A DNA stretch of 45,214 nucleotides from the sequence record SRR16203515_1160, one strand, 5' to 3'. Under the pieces are notes generated by a model. It had not been told where the DNA came from. It worked only from the letters and a program-made list of their open reading frames with translations, and made no database searches. Every line of letters begins with the position of its first letter. Position 1 is the first letter of the stretch. The position numbers and the translations under genes were made by a program. Of this stretch, positions 9,518 to 20,361 are shown piece after piece.

Positions 9518-9943
9518 TTAGCGCATTGCTCGAAACACTTTTTGCGCAGAGCAGCTAATTAGTAAAAAGCCAGTAATTGATTCAATACCTGCAATCATAC
9601 GTAAATGCTGGGTGGGCTCTACGCTTCCTAGCCCTAGTGTACTTATGGTGGTTAAAGAAAAATAAAAGATATCGGTGACTTTGGAGAGTTCTTTGAATCC
9701 GCCTATGCCTTGTTCAATACCCCAAATATAGCTACCAGTAAAAATACCCGCGATTATTGTTTGGCTAATTACAGCAGCCAACACTACTATAAACGTCTTT
9801 AGCCAGGGTTTATGCAGCTTTTCGGTCAATGATTCAGCAATAACCCATAGGTTTACGAAGTGTACCCATAGGCCAAACAGCATAGTGGCTATGGCAAGTA
9901 AAAACGCCCAGAACATTTGATCCTCCTTTCTTTTTTTCGCCAT
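9518..9943 (-). CDS. Two-TM ion channel (Ion_trans_2-like) pore-domain membrane protein
   Basis: 'FYFSLTTISTLGLGSVEP...RMIAGIESITG' pore-helix/filter/inner-helix pattern. Confidence 0.8.
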   Translation of the reverse strand: MAKKRKEDQMFWAFLLAIATMLFGLWVHFVNLWVIAESLTEKLHKPWLKTFIVVLAAVISQTIIAGIFTGSYIWGIEQGIGGFKELSKVTDIFYFSLTTISTLGLGSVEPTQHLRMIAGIESITGFLLISCSAQKVFRAMR

Positions 9944-10010
9944 GTAACATGCAAAACTAATCTGCTACTGGAGTGAGTAAAATCGATTAACTTGTTCACC
10001 TTTTAAAGGC

Positions 10011-10967
10011 TCAGTTGCGGTTCAAGTCGTCTGGCGTATTGTCGGCCACAACCGCATTTCGTTGTCCCATGGGTTTCTCTTCACCTATCGTACTGTCGGC
10101 GGTGGTTTGTAGTTCCATGGCTGCATTCACCTCTGCGCCGATAAGAATGATGTAGGCGCTAAGATATAACCACATGAGCAAAATAATTATGCCGCCCACA
10201 GAGCCATAAGTTTTATTGTAACTGGCAAATTCACTTAGGTAGATTGAGAAGCCGTAAGAGGCGGCTATCCAAAGTACAGTGGCGAGTATTGAGCCTGGGG
10301 TTACCCAGCGCCACTGAGCAGACCTACGGTGGGGCGCGTATCGATACAGCGCACTAAGGCTAAAGTTAAATAGTAGCAGCATAATTGGCCAAGTTATCCA
10401 TGCGGCTTGTTTGCTGCTGATGAGGTCTCCTGCCATCCAGCTTATAATTTTAGGAAAGAAGGAAATGCATGATAACGCGATAATCACGGTGACGATCATA
10501 CTTATAGTGCAAACAATACGGGCAAGCACACCGGCAAAAAAACTTCTTCCTTCCGCTTCGCAGTAAGTAATGTTGCAGGCGGTAATCAGTGCGTTAGCGC
10601 CCTTGCTGCTACTCCATAGCGACAACACCAAGGTGAGCAAAAATCCCCATCCCAATGTAGAACTCGATTTTTCGGTTAGGTTTTTCAACTGCTCTTCAAT
10701 AATGTAACTGCTGTCGCTAGGCACAATATTAACCAGTATCGCCATATGGCTTTGTAACTCAGAGGGGGATACAAGCAGGCCGTATAGCGAAATGGTGGCT
10801 CCCAGCAAGGGGAAAATAGCCAGCAAGCAATAAAAAGCAACACCTGCTGCAATAAGCGGCACATTATGGCTTTTCATATTAGTAAAGATACGCTTGGCAA
10901 TGGGCCACCAACTTTTTGTTGGTAGCTCAAGCGCCGACTTTGCTTTATTTATGTGGGGTGTACTCAT
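10011..10967 (-). CDS. YihY/BrkB-family inner-membrane protein
   Basis: AAGVAFY.LLAIFP, LYRYAP, W..PG...AT.LW and Y..TYGSVGGIIILLMWLY...IILIGAEVN motifs. Confidence 0.92.
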   Translation of the reverse strand: MSTPHINKAKSALELPTKSWWPIAKRIFTNMKSHNVPLIAAGVAFYCLLAIFPLLGATISLYGLLVSPSELQSHMAILVNIVPSDSSYIIEEQLKNLTEKSSSTLGWGFLLTLVLSLWSSSKGANALITACNITYCEAEGRSFFAGVLARIVCTISMIVTVIIALSCISFFPKIISWMAGDLISSKQAAWITWPIMLLLFNFSLSALYRYAPHRRSAQWRWVTPGSILATVLWIAASYGFSIYLSEFASYNKTYGSVGGIIILLMWLYLSAYIILIGAEVNAAMELQTTADSTIGEEKPMGQRNAVVADNTPDDLNRN

Positions 10968-11254
10968 ATTTTCCCGTCAATCCGTTGTTACCCGATATGA
11001 TTGGTACTCAATGATAGCAACGTCGGTTTACTAACTTGGTACGCAGTAGGGAAAATAGTCGATAAATAGCTAACGAGGATCTAGGCGGCGAATGTAAAGA
11101 GTAAGTAAAGAATGACGAGGGGCGTTAGAGTGGTTCGGTTGTTTTTTACTTCGTTTGCCTTCTATACTGGTGCATTGGTCGCTTATTCCATTGATTGGCG
11201 GCAGGCTAGTTTGTATTTTAATCACCCCTAACGACCACAACGTAGGCAATAATA

Positions 11255-14200
11255 ATGAAAACAATCCTAAAAGCGGCAGTGGCTGTGACGATGGCGCTTT
11301 CCTGTGCGCCCGCTCTTGCAGATAAATCAGACAACGACGATGGTATTTTTAGTAGCAACACCTTCAAGGCGATGGAGTTAAGAAGTATTGGCCCCGCCTA
11401 TATGTCTGGACGCATTGCCGATATTGCTATTGACCAAGCTAATCCTTCTACCTGGTATACCGCCGTTGGCTCTGGCGGCGTTTGGAAAACCACCAACGCT
11501 GGCACTACCTGGACACCCATATTCGACAAACAAGCGGTTTACTCCACCGGAGACGTCACTATTGCGCCAAGCGACTCAAATATCATTTGGGTGGGTACTG
11601 GCGAAAATAATGGTGGACGCCACATCAGCTTTGGTGACGGCGTTTATAAGTCGGTAGATGGCGGTCAAACCTGGAAAAACATGGGGCTGAAAAAGTCAGA
11701 GCATATTTCTGACATCATCATTCACCCGACTAACCCAGATATTGTATGGGTGTCAGCCCAAGGGCCACTATGGACCAAAGGGGGAGAGCGCGGTTTATAT
11801 AAAACCACCGATGGCGGTAATAGCTGGAAACAAGTGCTTACCCCAGAAGATGAATGGACCGGTGTTACCTCTTTATTGATTGACCCGCGCAACCCAGACA
11901 AGCTGTATGCGGCTACCTGGTCCCGTCAGCGCACAGTGGCTGCCTATGTGGGCACAGGCCCTGCTGCTGGCATACATACGTCTAACGATGGCGGTGAAAC
12001 CTGGACCGAGCTAAAAACTGGCTTGCCAACTGGCAATCTAGGTAAGATAGGCATGGCCATTTCGCCGATGAACCCAGATGTGTTGTACGCCACAGTAGAA
12101 ACCGACAACCGTAAAGGCGGCTTTTATCGCTCTGCCGATAAGGGCGCAAGCTGGACTAAAATGTCTGATGAAGTAGGCGGCGGAACAGGGCCTCATTATT
12201 ATCAGGAAATCTTTGCCGATCAGCATCAATTCGACCGCGTTTATATAGCAAGTAACTACAGCAAAGTGTCTGATGATGGAGGCAAAACCTGGACGCCTAT
12301 CGATACCACCCATAAGCACGTAGATGATCATGCCATGGCGTTTCATCCTACCGATCCTGATTTTGTGTTGATGGGCTCTGATGGCGGTATCTACCTGTCT
12401 CACGATAGAATGAAAAACTGGCGCTTTATGGCTAACCTGCCATTGACCCAGTTTTATAAAGTGGCACCCGATGATTCAACACCGTTTTACAAGGTTTATG
12501 CCGGTGCCCAAGACAACTCTACGCAGGGCGGTCCATCCCGTACCAACCGAAAAGACGGCATTAAAAATAAAGATTGGTTTTTAACCCTTGGCGGCGACGG
12601 TCATCAACCGGCGGTTGAGCCAGGTAACCCCGATATAATGTACTCTCAGTGGCAGCAAGGTAATTTAACGCGTGTTGATATGACCACCAAAGAAGGTGTT
12701 TATATTAAGCCACAGCCCTTGCCGGGCGACCCCGCAGAACGTTTTAATTGGGATGCGCCTATTAATGTATCGGCCCACGACCCCAAACGTATCTACTTCG
12801 CCTCACAACGTGTGTGGCGCTCAGATGATCGCGGCGATAGTTGGACGGCGATATCGGGCGATTTAACCAAAGACGGCAATCGCATGCATATGCCCATGAT
12901 GGGGCGTACGTGGTCGGTAGAGGCGGGATGGGACTTATACGCCATGTCTGAATACCACACCATTGCCAACTTTGCTGAAAGCCCGGTGGATGAGAATATT
13001 CTATGGGTGGGAACCGATGACGGTATTATTCAAGTTACCACCGATGGCGGTAAAAACTGGAAGGAAATAGAACTAGACGACATTCGAGGCGTTCCTGCTA
13101 CCGCGTATGTCAATGATATTCGCGCCGATCTCTACGATCCCAATACGGTTTACGTGGCGCTGGATAACCACAAGTATGGCGATTATAAGCCTTATCTGAT
13201 TAAGTCGACTAACTTGGGTCGAAAGTGGACATCGTTAGCCGATGACCTGCCAGAAAAACACCTTGTTTGGCGTATCGTGCAAGACCATGTGAATAAGAAC
13301 CTGATGTTTATTGGTACTGAATTTGGCATCTTCTTCACCGTTGATGGCGGTAAAGAGTGGGTTGAACTTGATGGAGGCATACCCACAATATCTACCCGTG
13401 ACGTAAAAATTCAGCGTCGTGAGAATGACTTAGTGGCAGGAACCTTTGGTCGTGGTATCTATATACTTGATGATTATGCGCCGCTTCGTGGTTTGACGGA
13501 AAAGGCAATGGAGCAAGACGCATTGTTATTTGGCCCAAGTCGCCCGGTGAAGTGGTTCCAACTTGATAGTAGACACACAGATACCGATGGCAATGATGCG
13601 TTCATCGCAAGTAACCCAGAGCATGGCGCCACGCTAACCTACTATCTCAAAGATAGCTTATTAACCAGCAAAGAAAAGCGTCAAGAAGCTGAGAAAAAGC
13701 GTATTGAGGATGACAAGAAGTATCCGAAATACCCAAGCTGGGAAGCGGTAGAAGCGGAAAATCTAGAGCCTAAACTAGCAGTATATCTAGAAATTTCAGA
13801 TGCTAAGGGTGAAATAGTAGACCGGGTTGAGGGAAGTACGGAAAAAGGGCTTCACAGAGTAACCTGGGATATGAAGTATGCGAACCCTGCCCCCATTACT
13901 GGTAAAAAAGAAAATAGACGTTCCAGCAGTCCCCTAATGGCATTGCCTGGTACTTACTCGGCCACCTTATATAAACGTGAAGGAACCAAGGTGACTCAGC
14001 TTGCTGAGCCAGTCGAGTTTGTTTTGCAATCTATCTATGAAGGGGCATTAGAGGGTGCTTCGGCTGAAGAGCGTGCTAAGTATGACAGAGCGGTTGTGGC
14101 AGCGCAGAAACGCGCAATCACTACGACCACTGTACTTAACAAGGTGAAAGAAAGAATGTCGGCACTACGTACAGCCATTGATCGTACACCGGGTAATATC

Positions 14201-14524
14201 ACGCAACTTGAAACCCAGTATGGTGAGTTGCAAGAAGAGATTAATGCGGTTAATCATGCGCTCTATGGATTAGCGTCTCGAGATCGCAAAGGTGCTAAGC
14301 CGGCCAACATTACCAGCCGTTTAGGGTATGCACGTTCTGCGATGGGCTCGTCTTATGGACCTACACAGCAACACCAAGACCAGTTAGGCTATGCGAATGA
14401 AGGCTTAGATGAGGTGAGCCAACGCGTTAAAGCGCTGCAGGAAACCAAAGTACCTAGCCTACAGCAGCAAGTAGTTGATGCAGGTGGCCCATGGACACTA
14501 GGGTTACCTGTTATTACTCAATAA
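11255..14524 (+). CDS. Secreted VPS10/sortilin-like BNR (Asp-box) beta-propeller protein, usually annotated glycosyl hydrolase
   Basis: Signal peptide; RSIGP..SGRI.DI; many (S/T)xDxGxTW Asp-box repeats; HVDDH; C-terminal Ig-like region and coiled-coil. Confidence 0.88.
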   Translation: MKTILKAAVAVTMALSCAPALADKSDNDDGIFSSNTFKAMELRSIGPAYMSGRIADIAIDQANPSTWYTAVGSGGVWKTTNAGTTWTPIFDKQAVYSTGDVTIAPSDSNIIWVGTGENNGGRHISFGDGVYKSVDGGQTWKNMGLKKSEHISDIIIHPTNPDIVWVSAQGPLWTKGGERGLYKTTDGGNSWKQVLTPEDEWTGVTSLLIDPRNPDKLYAATWSRQRTVAAYVGTGPAAGIHTSNDGGETWTELKTGLPTGNLGKIGMAISPMNPDVLYATVETDNRKGGFYRSADKGASWTKMSDEVGGGTGPHYYQEIFADQHQFDRVYIASNYSKVSDDGGKTWTPIDTTHKHVDDHAMAFHPTDPDFVLMGSDGGIYLSHDRMKNWRFMANLPLTQFYKVAPDDSTPFYKVYAGAQDNSTQGGPSRTNRKDGIKNKDWFLTLGGDGHQPAVEPGNPDIMYSQWQQGNLTRVDMTTKEGVYIKPQPLPGDPAERFNWDAPINVSAHDPKRIYFASQRVWRSDDRGDSWTAISGDLTKDGNRMHMPMMGRTWSVEAGWDLYAMSEYHTIANFAESPVDENILWVGTDDGIIQVTTDGGKNWKEIELDDIRGVPATAYVNDIRADLYDPNTVYVALDNHKYGDYKPYLIKSTNLGRKWTSLADDLPEKHLVWRIVQDHVNKNLMFIGTEFGIFFTVDGGKEWVELDGGIPTISTRDVKIQRRENDLVAGTFGRGIYILDDYAPLRGLTEKAMEQDALLFGPSRPVKWFQLDSRHTDTDGNDAFIASNPEHGATLTYYLKDSLLTSKEKRQEAEKKRIEDDKKYPKYPSWEAVEAENLEPKLAVYLEISDAKGEIVDRVEGSTEKGLHRVTWDMKYANPAPITGKKENRRSSSPLMALPGTYSATLYKREGTKVTQLAEPVEFVLQSIYEGALEGASAEERAKYDRAVVAAQKRAITTTTVLNKVKERMSALRTAIDRTPGNITQLETQYGELQEEINAVNHALYGLASRDRKGAKPANITSRLGYARSAMGSSYGPTQQHQDQLGYANEGLDEVSQRVKALQETKVPSLQQQVVDAGGPWTLGLPVITQ

Positions 14525-14548
14525 AACTACACCTCTATTTATAGTTAG

Positions 14549-14575
14549 AACGGCAGTGTTAACACTGCCGTTTTT
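14549..14575 (+). terminator. Rho-independent terminator (perfect 24-bp palindrome plus T-run)
   Basis: AACGGCAGTGTT|AACACTGCCGTT followed by TTT. Confidence 0.8.
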
Positions 14576-14594
14576 ATTTTCGCTAATGGATAAC

Positions 14595-16523
14595 ATGAAG
14601 TTTTCGCGTTTAACATCTCAATTATTACTGCATGGCTTTACGTGTACCGCGCTAAGTGTGTTGATGGTGCCGGGCTCACTTGCACAACAAGTCGAGCAGG
14701 TTACCGTGACGGCTGAGCGGCCTTACTACCACGAAACCCTGTCACGTATTTTTGTACAATATGATTATGATCAAGGGGAATTGGTCGCTTCTGCCCACCT
14801 CAATGATATGCTCACACAGTCGCCACTGATAAGCCTAAATGGGCAAGGTGGACAACTGCAAAACATTAATATCCGTGGCTTTTCCCGATGGCGAATTCAG
14901 TCGTTAGTCAACGGTGTACCCATAATCAGCGATCGCCGTGCGGGCGCTAGTGTGGGCTTTATTCCTCCTTCTTTTATTAGCTCGGTATCGGTTATTCCTG
15001 GGGCCGCCTCTACCTACTTAGGCTCGGGCGCCATTGGTGGGGCGGTAAATTTGCAATTGGAAGAGGCATTTGCGCATCAGTTGCAAGTAGGCTGGAGTAG
15101 CAACCAGCATGGGCAAGACTACCGTTATACCGGCTTTGGTAAAAATACCGACTGGAAAGTATCATATCGCCATGCAGGAAACGGTGAGGATGCACAAGGA
15201 GCGACCCTGTTTGACCAGTATCAGCAAACCGCTTTTTTTGTGCGACATCGCCCAGAAACCGGGGCATTAAAAGAAGCTTGGTCGCTCTATTCTGATAATC
15301 AAGATGTGGGCAAATCAAGTAGCGACTTTCCAAACAACAAAATAACCACTTACCCAACCAATAAGCACTGGCTCGGAAAGCTTAACTTTGCCTTTGAAAA
15401 CCTTTTGGAAACAGATAACAACGCCCTGGTTAATGGCAACCTATGGTGGCATCAATCGCAGTTAGATAGCAGTACGCTGCGCCCTGGCGAGCGCATTAAT
15501 CAAAGCAGTAATCAGGCCCTCGACTTTGGCGCGGACATAGGCAGCAAGACGCAAATAGCGCAATGGCAAATGAACTGGCAATTACAACTTACTGGCCGGC
15601 AAAATGTCACTATTGATGAGCGTGAATTAACCCCTGCAGAGCAATTGGTGTATGAGGTGCAGCCCCTTGATGCTGATGAGTTGGCGTTGGCGGGGGTAAT
15701 AGATATATCCCGTAGCATCAACAATATTGCGCTGGCGGCTGGCGCGCGAATAGATTGGTTACGGCAAGACAACAAGGCGCAACGTTTTACTGATACGAGC
15801 ACAAATACCAATATCAGTGGCTTTATGGGCGCTAACTATGGGTTTACGCCGCATTGGTCAGCCAATCTTTATCTTTCTAGTGCGTTCAGAAACCCAACGT
15901 TAACCGAGCGGTATTTTAATGGCGAAACCCCACGAGGCACGGTGCAAGGAGATGTAAGTTTAGAAACTGAGCAAGCCATTAATTTGCAAGGCGCGTTAAC
16001 CTATAACAATACTCACTTTAGCGGCGATATCAGTGCATTTTACCAACGCATCGATAATTACATTGAACGCCTATCCCTGAATGAAGATATTTTGCAGTAC
16101 ACTAACCTCGATAGTGCTACCGTTAAAGGCGTAAGTTATCAATTCAGATGGCAGCCTGACCACAGCCCCTTTAATCTTACTTTAAGTGGTGCATGGGTAA
16201 GGGGAGAAGATGAGGCGGGCGAAACTGTTGCGGATATCCCTGCCCACACACAACGCTTAGCGCTTAACTATCATCATGATGTAATACGCTTATTTTCTAT
16301 CTTGCAGAATAGGGAAGATAAGAAACGGATGGCCGATGGTGAGCGCGCGCTAGATAGTGTGCTCACCTTCGATGTTGGGGCCTCATGGCAAGTCACTGAG
16401 CGCACCGCGCTTAGCACAAGTATACGCAATGTGACTAATGAGCTGTATTATGTAAGCGCAGATGAACAAGCAGCGTTTGCCCAAGGGCGGAGTGTGCAGC
16501 TAACCTTACTGATGACGCTGTGA
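14595..16523 (+). CDS. TonB-dependent outer-membrane receptor
   Basis: Likely start is the ATG at 14595 (GGA RBS; the ORF-track GTG at 14556 lies inside the terminator). TonB-box-like EQVTVTAER; plug motifs INIRGF and GSGAIGGAVN; barrel motifs AFRNPTL.ERY and N..N..Y...GRS. Confidence 0.9.
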   Translation: MKFSRLTSQLLLHGFTCTALSVLMVPGSLAQQVEQVTVTAERPYYHETLSRIFVQYDYDQGELVASAHLNDMLTQSPLISLNGQGGQLQNINIRGFSRWRIQSLVNGVPIISDRRAGASVGFIPPSFISSVSVIPGAASTYLGSGAIGGAVNLQLEEAFAHQLQVGWSSNQHGQDYRYTGFGKNTDWKVSYRHAGNGEDAQGATLFDQYQQTAFFVRHRPETGALKEAWSLYSDNQDVGKSSSDFPNNKITTYPTNKHWLGKLNFAFENLLETDNNALVNGNLWWHQSQLDSSTLRPGERINQSSNQALDFGADIGSKTQIAQWQMNWQLQLTGRQNVTIDERELTPAEQLVYEVQPLDADELALAGVIDISRSINNIALAAGARIDWLRQDNKAQRFTDTSTNTNISGFMGANYGFTPHWSANLYLSSAFRNPTLTERYFNGETPRGTVQGDVSLETEQAINLQGALTYNNTHFSGDISAFYQRIDNYIERLSLNEDILQYTNLDSATVKGVSYQFRWQPDHSPFNLTLSGAWVRGEDEAGETVADIPAHTQRLALNYHHDVIRLFSILQNREDKKRMADGERALDSVLTFDVGASWQVTERTALSTSIRNVTNELYYVSADEQAAFAQGRSVQLTLLMTL

Positions 16524-17039
16524 TCTAAAATGTTGTTTGCGATATTTACTGCGTAATGTGGTTATTAACATCACCAGCCCAGTTAGCCATAACACCAACA
16601 GCAAAATAGCGACAGGTAAGAAAACGTATAGCTTGGCACCTTCAAAGAACCAGCTACCATCATGAATGGCTTCAATGGTATCGGTACGTCGGTAGGCAAC
16701 TTGCAGCACATCCCCGCTGCTGGCATCTAGCTGAATTTCCCAGTGGTTATTACCGCGCACCTTAATGATGCCTTTGCTTGGCCTAACATCTAGCCTATCA
16801 ATGTCATCCCAGTGAGTGAACTCGGCGTGAGGAACCTGTCTTACCGCCTTGATAATTTCATCGAAGCTGAGTGTGGGTGCGCCTTTTGCCATTTTTTGTG
16901 TCGGCGGTTGAAGCCAATCCACTTCTTTTTTAACTTGCAATAATAAGCCGCTACCAATGACGATGACCACAGGAATGAAGATAACCAGTGATAGCCATAA
17001 GTGAAGTTTACGACTTATTTTTCGAAGTGACGATAACAT
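16506..17039 (-). CDS. PepSY-associated TM-helix protein
   Basis: RKLHLWLSL...GSGLLL, PepSY-like middle (IQLDASSGDVL) and IHDG.W...WLTGL. Likely start is the ATG at 17039. Its 3' end overlaps the TonB receptor by 18 bp. Confidence 0.85.
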   Translation of the reverse strand: MLSSLRKISRKLHLWLSLVIFIPVVIVIGSGLLLQVKKEVDWLQPPTQKMAKGAPTLSFDEIIKAVRQVPHAEFTHWDDIDRLDVRPSKGIIKVRGNNHWEIQLDASSGDVLQVAYRRTDTIEAIHDGSWFFEGAKLYVFLPVAILLLVLWLTGLVMLITTLRSKYRKQHFRSQRHQ

Positions 17040-17592
17040 GCTTTTACTACCCACAATGCAACATTCAATATACAAAACGTGCCTAATACAACATAGCCAT
17101 GAGCCAGAGATTTCTTAGGTTTGCGACATATCCTATTAAGCTAACAGCTTTTGATAGCTAACATAAGGTAGGCTTACCTCAATACCCGACGAAGCTAAAA
17201 AATAATGAGATAGGAAGTAGATAAAACCCTATTCAATATCTACGCTAATAAGATGAGCTTTCCTTAACGTCGACGCTGGTACACCTTCTGATCCTTCTAA
17301 CCGCTTTACGCTTGTTTAATGTGATTTTAGCTACACCACCCCTGTGTGCGGTAATGAAAAGTAGAAGTAATTCACCGCGAATAACGGTTAGTTGGGCATA
17401 ATTAAGAAAACAAATCACGCCTATACCGTTCTCTACATACGGGCAGACTACGTAACCGTTCATTCTGTCTTACGGCAGTAATAATACAGCTTGGTAATAC
17501 AAATACAGCATGGCCTAGTGCATACACTTAACCACTAATTTTTACCATTATTGCTCGTTGAAATATTAAAAATAACAAAACAGGAATTTCAA

Positions 17593-19236
17593 ATGCTCAG
17601 TTTTATTTCGTCTTTGTCAATCAAAGCGCGTCTGTCCCTTGGGTTTGGCATTATTTTAGCGTTACTCGTATTGTTAACCGTGCAGGGAATTCAACGGGTT
17701 AACTTTATTGATAGAACTTTGGCTGAAATAACCGATGTGAACTCAGTAAAGCAGCGCTATGCCATAAATTACAGAGGTAGCGTACACGACCGAGCTATAG
17801 CCATTCGTGATGTGGCGATAGCTAAAAACAGTAGTCAAATTAAACAGTTTGAAAGCATAATTCGAGAGTTGGAAGAGTTTTATACTGAATCTGAAATACA
17901 AATGAAAGCAATGATGCGTGACGGTACGTCCTTTACCTCAACCGAGCGTGATATCTTAAACCGAATCGATCAGATCCAACGTCGCACCTTGCCCTTAGTT
18001 GAAAAAATATTAGCAGATAAAAAAGTCGGTCAGCCTGTTGATGAACTGGTATTAAATCAAGCAAGACCCGCCTTCATTACTTGGCTAAACACAATCAACG
18101 AATTTATTGATTACCAAGAAGATCAAAATCAGGCAGCCACACCTCAGGCCAGAGAGGTGGCAGGTTCGTTTGAAAGCTTAATGTTAATCTTAAGTGCTAT
18201 CGCCATTATGTTCTCGGTCGCGATAGGTTTCCTTATTGAAAAAAGTTTAAGAGTCTCCCTTGGTGGAGAACCCAATGAAGCGCAAAATGCCATTAGGGCA
18301 CTCGCAGAAGGCGACCTGACTAAGAGTCTTGATTCACCCTATAAAAACAGTATTTTAGATTCATTAGATGGCATGAGTAAAAAGCTCACCAGCATTGTTA
18401 AAAACATCATCAGGGCTTCATACGACTTGTCTTCGCAAAGTCAGGAAGTATCTGATGGGTCGGCTATTGTGCTAAGTGCAGCGCAAAATCAGGCTGCATT
18501 AACCAGTGAAACGGCGTCAAAATTGGGCTCTATGCGGGCAAGTATCGATCAGGTTTCTCAAATTGCATCACGTACCGAAGAGAATTCTGGCTTAACAGTT
18601 GATTACGCCATGCAAGGGCGAAAAGTGGTAGATGCCGCAGCCCAAGAGATGGAGCGTATTTCGGCTACAGTCAATGAAACAGTGGCACAAATCAAACTGC
18701 TGGAAGATAATACGAAGCAAATTGGTGGCATTGCCAACGTTATTAGTGGTATTTCCGAGCAGACCAATTTACTTGCGCTTAATGCGGCAATTGAGGCCGC
18801 AAGGGCAGGTGAGTCTGGTCGTGGCTTCGCTGTAGTTGCCGATGAAGTAAGACAACTGGCGCAACGAACCGGTGAAGCGACATCGCAAATAGACGCTATG
18901 ATCAACGAGGTTCAAAGCCAAACGTCGGCGTCGGTAAATGCTATGGAGACCACTCAACCTCAAGTTGAAAATGGTAAAGCTCAGATCATGAAAGCCACAG
19001 AGCTGCTAGAAAGTATTGAGCAACAGGCAACAGACTCGTTAGTTAGAGTAAAAGAGGTAGCTGAAGCAGCATCCGAGCAGGTGGAAGTGGTAAGTAAAGT
19101 GAGTGAAGCTATGGAAGAGGTAGCCGAGATGTCGGCTAGCACCATCGAGTCAATGAATAATAACGACACCGCAACAAAACGACTGGGTGAATTGGCCGGG
19201 CAGCTTAAGCAGGAAGTTACCTTCTTTAAAGTGTAA
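17593..19236 (+). CDS. Methyl-accepting chemotaxis protein with four-helix-bundle periplasmic sensor
   Basis: Two TM helices, HAMP-like GGEP..A......GDL and the signature [34 protein letters not shown]. Likely start is the ATG at 17593 after CAGGA. Confidence 0.95.
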   Translation: MLSFISSLSIKARLSLGFGIILALLVLLTVQGIQRVNFIDRTLAEITDVNSVKQRYAINYRGSVHDRAIAIRDVAIAKNSSQIKQFESIIRELEEFYTESEIQMKAMMRDGTSFTSTERDILNRIDQIQRRTLPLVEKILADKKVGQPVDELVLNQARPAFITWLNTINEFIDYQEDQNQAATPQAREVAGSFESLMLILSAIAIMFSVAIGFLIEKSLRVSLGGEPNEAQNAIRALAEGDLTKSLDSPYKNSILDSLDGMSKKLTSIVKNIIRASYDLSSQSQEVSDGSAIVLSAAQNQAALTSETASKLGSMRASIDQVSQIASRTEENSGLTVDYAMQGRKVVDAAAQEMERISATVNETVAQIKLLEDNTKQIGGIANVISGISEQTNLLALNAAIEAARAGESGRGFAVVADEVRQLAQRTGEATSQIDAMINEVQSQTSASVNAMETTQPQVENGKAQIMKATELLESIEQQATDSLVRVKEVAEAASEQVEVVSKVSEAMEEVAEMSASTIESMNNNDTATKRLGELAGQLKQEVTFFKV

Positions 19237-19285
19237 GGGTGCTGGAAGATGTAGGTGTATCGTCTACCGGCCTAAGTACAATATT

Positions 19286-19316
19286 AGCCTGCGCTGGTGA
19301 AATGCCAGCACAGGCT
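19286..19316. terminator. Hairpin between the convergent MCP and LysE genes
   Basis: AGCCTGCGCTGG-tgaaatg-CCAGCACAGGCT imperfect inverted repeat. Confidence 0.55.
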
Positions 19317-19326
19317 TAGAGAATAT

Positions 19327-19944
19327 TCAGCCAACGGCTAGCCACACACCAACCGCCGCCATCAAGGTACCTGCGATCCGGTTCATTACCCGAACATTGC
19401 CACTTTTCATCAAAAGTGAACGAAGCGTGCGCCCACCTGAGGCGTAAATGAGTAAGCAGCTAAATTCCAGCGTAAGAATGATGGCGATTAACGCAATAAG
19501 TTGTTTGCCTAGGGCTAGATTGAGGTCTAAAAATGGCGGTAACAGTGCCACAAAAAATGCCCAGCCTTTGGGGTTCGCGATGGCAGTAATAAAGCCTTGG
19601 CTTATAAGCTCAATTCGACTTGCCTGTTGCCCCTTATCGTCAATACTTAGCGCCATCTTGCCGCGGGAAAGCCACATCTGTATGCCTATATAAAGTAGGT
19701 ATGCGCCACCCAAATATTTAATTAGCGTAAATATGGTGGGGTAGGCGAGCAACAAGGTGGCCACACCTACTGCGGATAATGTGGCTACCACGGCCACACC
19801 CGCTAGTTCACCAATCATCATCCACAACGCCCGTTTAACCCCAATACTCATACCCAGTGTCATGGCGAGTGTCATACACATGCCTGGCGTAATAGACACG
19901 AAAAAGAAGGTTGGCACAAATAGAGACAATAACGCCCAGCTCAT
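19327..19944 (-). CDS. LysE/RhtB-family amino-acid exporter
   Basis: SITPG at the N-terminus, GGAYLLYIG, GF.TAIANPKG..FF..L.P.F and NRIAG.L....GVWL. Confidence 0.93.
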   Translation of the reverse strand: MSWALLSLFVPTFFFVSITPGMCMTLAMTLGMSIGVKRALWMMIGELAGVAVVATLSAVGVATLLLAYPTIFTLIKYLGGAYLLYIGIQMWLSRGKMALSIDDKGQQASRIELISQGFITAIANPKGWAFFVALLPPFLDLNLALGKQLIALIAIILTLEFSCLLIYASGGRTLRSLLMKSGNVRVMNRIAGTLMAAVGVWLAVG

Positions 19945-20193
19945 AGAGGGTATCCGGAAACAAAATAGAAAGGTCGGAAGGTGCCAGAAAAAGGCGTGGT
20001 GAGCAATGGCTAACCATCAAAACTAGCACTGAATTGGTGTACTAATATTCCAGGGTTTGAAAAAGAACACATGAACTTCCCACGCTTTCCACATACACCC
20101 ATCAATTATCGCCGTGTAAAACATTCATAATTAATGCAAAAAGTTGTTTTTTTAGTTCCTGTGGATTGTGAGAATCTAATAATTATTAACAAA

Positions 20194-20236
20194 TATCAGT
20201 GGGTTAGGTTTTTGTTTTCATGGTTTAGTTATTGCA
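20194..20236 (+). promoter_or_regulatory. Putative sigma54 (-24/-12) promoter with adjacent IHF site upstream of pfpI-SDR
   Basis: TGGTTTAGTTATTGCA (GG-N10-GC) at 20221-20236; TATCAG-tggg-TTA (WATCARN4TTR) at 20194-20206. Confidence 0.6.
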
Positions 20237-20361
20237 GCTATGTGTATATGCATCAGTAGATGATATCCCTTTAAACTAGCGTTTTAGAGGCAAGCATCGC
20301 TATTAGAGTGATGTGACTTCGCACTACTGTCACAATTAATGCAAAAAGGAGAGAGTTAATT

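Noticed and set aside
14556-14594. ORF-track N-terminal extension of the TonB receptor (similarly for the MCP, PepSY, PEP-CTERM and second SDR ORFs)
   Set aside because: The upstream starts fall in terminators or neighbouring genes or lack an RBS; the downstream ATGs fit better on RBS, signal-peptide or gene-coupling grounds.
17076-17590. Long MCP upstream region as a c-di-GMP riboswitch or small gene (17245-17463)
   Set aside because: I could not find the GEMM motifs (GGCAAACC...GAAA...GACGCAAAG), and the ORF lacks supporting features.
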